From a bacterium (GTDB lineage: Bacteria > Fidelibacterota > Marinisomatia > Marinisomatales > JAHJCW01), in contig JANQGY010000018.1 in the NCBI GenBank assembly GCA_028282845.1, forward strand, positions 101,252 through 165,251: a stretch of DNA of 64,000 nucleotides. Direction: 5' to 3'. The notes beneath the pieces are model-generated. The model saw nothing but the letters and a program-made list of their open reading frames with translations, was not told where the DNA came from and ran no database searches. Of the stretch, positions 63,001-64,000 are shown one piece after another. Positions within the stretch are counted from its first letter, which is position 1, and each line of letters begins with the position of its first letter. Both the position numbers and the translations under genes were made by a program.

Positions 63001-63438
63001 ATGAAAATTGTTTTAGCCACTGACCACGCCGGATTTGATTTAAAAAATCACGTTAAGGATTTTCTAATTCAAGCCGGATATCAAGTTGAAGATTTTGGAG
63101 CTTACGAATATGATGCTGATGATGATTACCCTGATTTTATCATGCCGGCGGCGCGGGTAGTGGGTAGTTCTAAAAATACCTTTGGAATCATATTTGGTGG
63201 ATCCGGGCAAGGTGAAGCTATGGCAGCCAACCGTATCAAAGGGGTGCGCGCAATGGTTTATTATGATGGACCAAAAAAGATCGTGGAATTGTCAAGACAG
63301 CATAACGATGCTAATGTGCTTTCGTTCGGTGCCAGATTCATTTCCAAAGAAAAAGCGCTTGAAGTAATCAAATTGTGGTTGAAAACTCCTTTTGAAGGGG
63401 AGAGGCATCTTAAGCGGATTCAGAAATTAGATAAATAA
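63001..63438 (+). CDS. rpiB: Ribose-5-phosphate isomerase B
   Basis: 145 aa. Motifs seen: MKIVLATDHAGFDLKNHVKDFL, GIIFGGSGQGEAMAANR and NVLSFGARF. Confidence 0.88.
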   Translation: MKIVLATDHAGFDLKNHVKDFLIQAGYQVEDFGAYEYDADDDYPDFIMPAARVVGSSKNTFGIIFGGSGQGEAMAANRIKGVRAMVYYDGPKKIVELSRQHNDANVLSFGARFISKEKALEVIKLWLKTPFEGERHLKRIQKLDK

Positions 63439-64000
63439 TTATTTTTCAGCAGTATGAACGGCGATTATTCCGTTTAGCTTATTTATATAATCACAATTCT
63501 TGAAACCGGTTTTTTCCATTAATTCAATGATTTCAGATTGTGAAGGGTGCTGCGCGACAGATTCAGCTAAATATTTGTATTCCCCGGTATCTCCGGCAAA
63601 TATTTTAGCAAAGAGCGGAACCAAATATTTTAAATATAAGGAATTTAGAAATCTGATAATAAAATTGGTTGGGTGGCTGAAATCAATTACAATCAATTTA
63701 CCGGTTGGTTTCAATACTCTCTTAATCTCATGCAATGCCTGTTCTTTATCAGTGAAATTTCGCAATCCAAATCCGATTGAAACATTGTCAAATGTATTGT
63801 CTTTAAATGGCAGTTGTTCGGCATAAGCCGTAACATATTCGATATTATCAAAAATATACTTTTTTGCCAAACGCAGCTTGGCATAGTTCAACATTTCCGA
63901 ATTTGGTTCAACCAAAGTTATTGAGTTATCTGAGCCAAATTGTCTTCTGAAATAGATTGCAAGATCGCCGGTTCCGGTGGCAAGGTCTAATAAATTTCCT
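63439..64000 (-). CDS. ubiE: Demethylmenaquinone/ubiquinone C-methyltransferase (UbiE/MenG), partial - 5' end beyond the right edge
   Basis: The reverse frame stays open to position 64000. Upstream of the track's internal Met it reads GNLLDLATGTGDLAIYFRR (SAM-binding motif). Later comes FDNVSIGFGLRNFTDKEQALHEIKRVLKPTGKLIVIDFSHP. Confidence 0.8.
   Translation of the reverse strand, partial: GNLLDLATGTGDLAIYFRRQFGSDNSITLVEPNSEMLNYAKLRLAKKYIFDNIEYVTAYAEQLPFKDNTFDNVSIGFGLRNFTDKEQALHEIKRVLKPTGKLIVIDFSHPTNFIIRFLNSLYLKYLVPLFAKIFAGDTGEYKYLAESVAQHPSQSEIIELMEKTGFKNCDYINKLNGIIAVHTAEK

Noticed and set aside
1-64000. tRNA/rRNA genes, transposases, integrases, prophage or toxin-antitoxin modules
   Set aside because: I saw no intergenic region with cloverleaf-like structure or rRNA-like sequence. 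No ORF shows DDE, tyrosine / serine recombinase or phage structural motifs. The intergenic spaces are short and explained by promoters, terminators and REP-like hairpins. This was only a visual scan, so tRNAscan or Infernal should confirm it.

Overview
64-kb window from a low-GC bacterium, read by eye from the ORF track and the raw sequence. The T9SS-type C-terminal sorting domains, a PorV-like barrel and a CarboxypepD_reg-type TonB receptor suggest the FCB group (Ignavibacteria/Bacteroidota-like). No similarity search was possible, so every family call rests on remembered motifs.

Layout:
- 1-31.4 kb is a large alpha-glucan (starch/glycogen) locus. It holds an edge-truncated secreted CBM protein missing from the ORF track, and a tightly coupled TonB receptor / 1305-aa Ca-binding-repeat protein / PorV-like barrel operon. 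It also has four secreted or lipoprotein GH13 enzymes. A TrmB-regulated operon encodes a GH57 4-alpha-glucanotransferase, a short alpha-glucan phosphorylase, a 1349-aa GH13-like::GlgA fusion, GlgC and a Na+/solute symporter.
- 31.5-33.5 kb: two tandem GAPDH genes, the first lacking the catalytic Cys.
- 33.5-33.9 kb: REP-like nested palindromes.
- 33.9-36.4 kb: an AT-rich GntR / membrane protein / frameshifted hydrolase islet.
- 36.4-40.8 kb: acetoacetyl-CoA synthetase, PPi-PFK and class II aldolase.
- 40.9-45.9 kb: a PadR pair, YciI, and an operon of unknown protein, thiamine pyrophosphokinase, SSS transporter and EamA.
- 46.0-51.3 kb: TetR, MMPL, LolA-like protein, cupin and an outer-membrane barrel.
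- 51.4-58.7 kb: an MFS transporter and a TetR-controlled beta-oxidation operon.
- 58.8-64.0 kb: tag, fpr, rpe-tkt-rpiB and a partial ubiE.

I saw no rRNA, tRNA, CRISPR array, transposase or integrase.

Most interesting observations:
1. An orphan, very AT-rich, divergent HslV/proteasome-beta-like Ntn hydrolase wedged into the glucan locus.
2. The GH13(GlgE-like)::GT5 glycogen-synthase fusion next to glgC.
3. The SusD-less TonB receptor / giant protein / PorV-like cassette.
4. A 26-bp palindrome (TTAGTAACTC-N6-GAGTTACTAA) present in front of three starch-related transcription units and next to trmB.
5. A GAPDH paralogue with Cys->Ser and other active-site losses.

I cannot show that any of these is truly undescribed without database searches.
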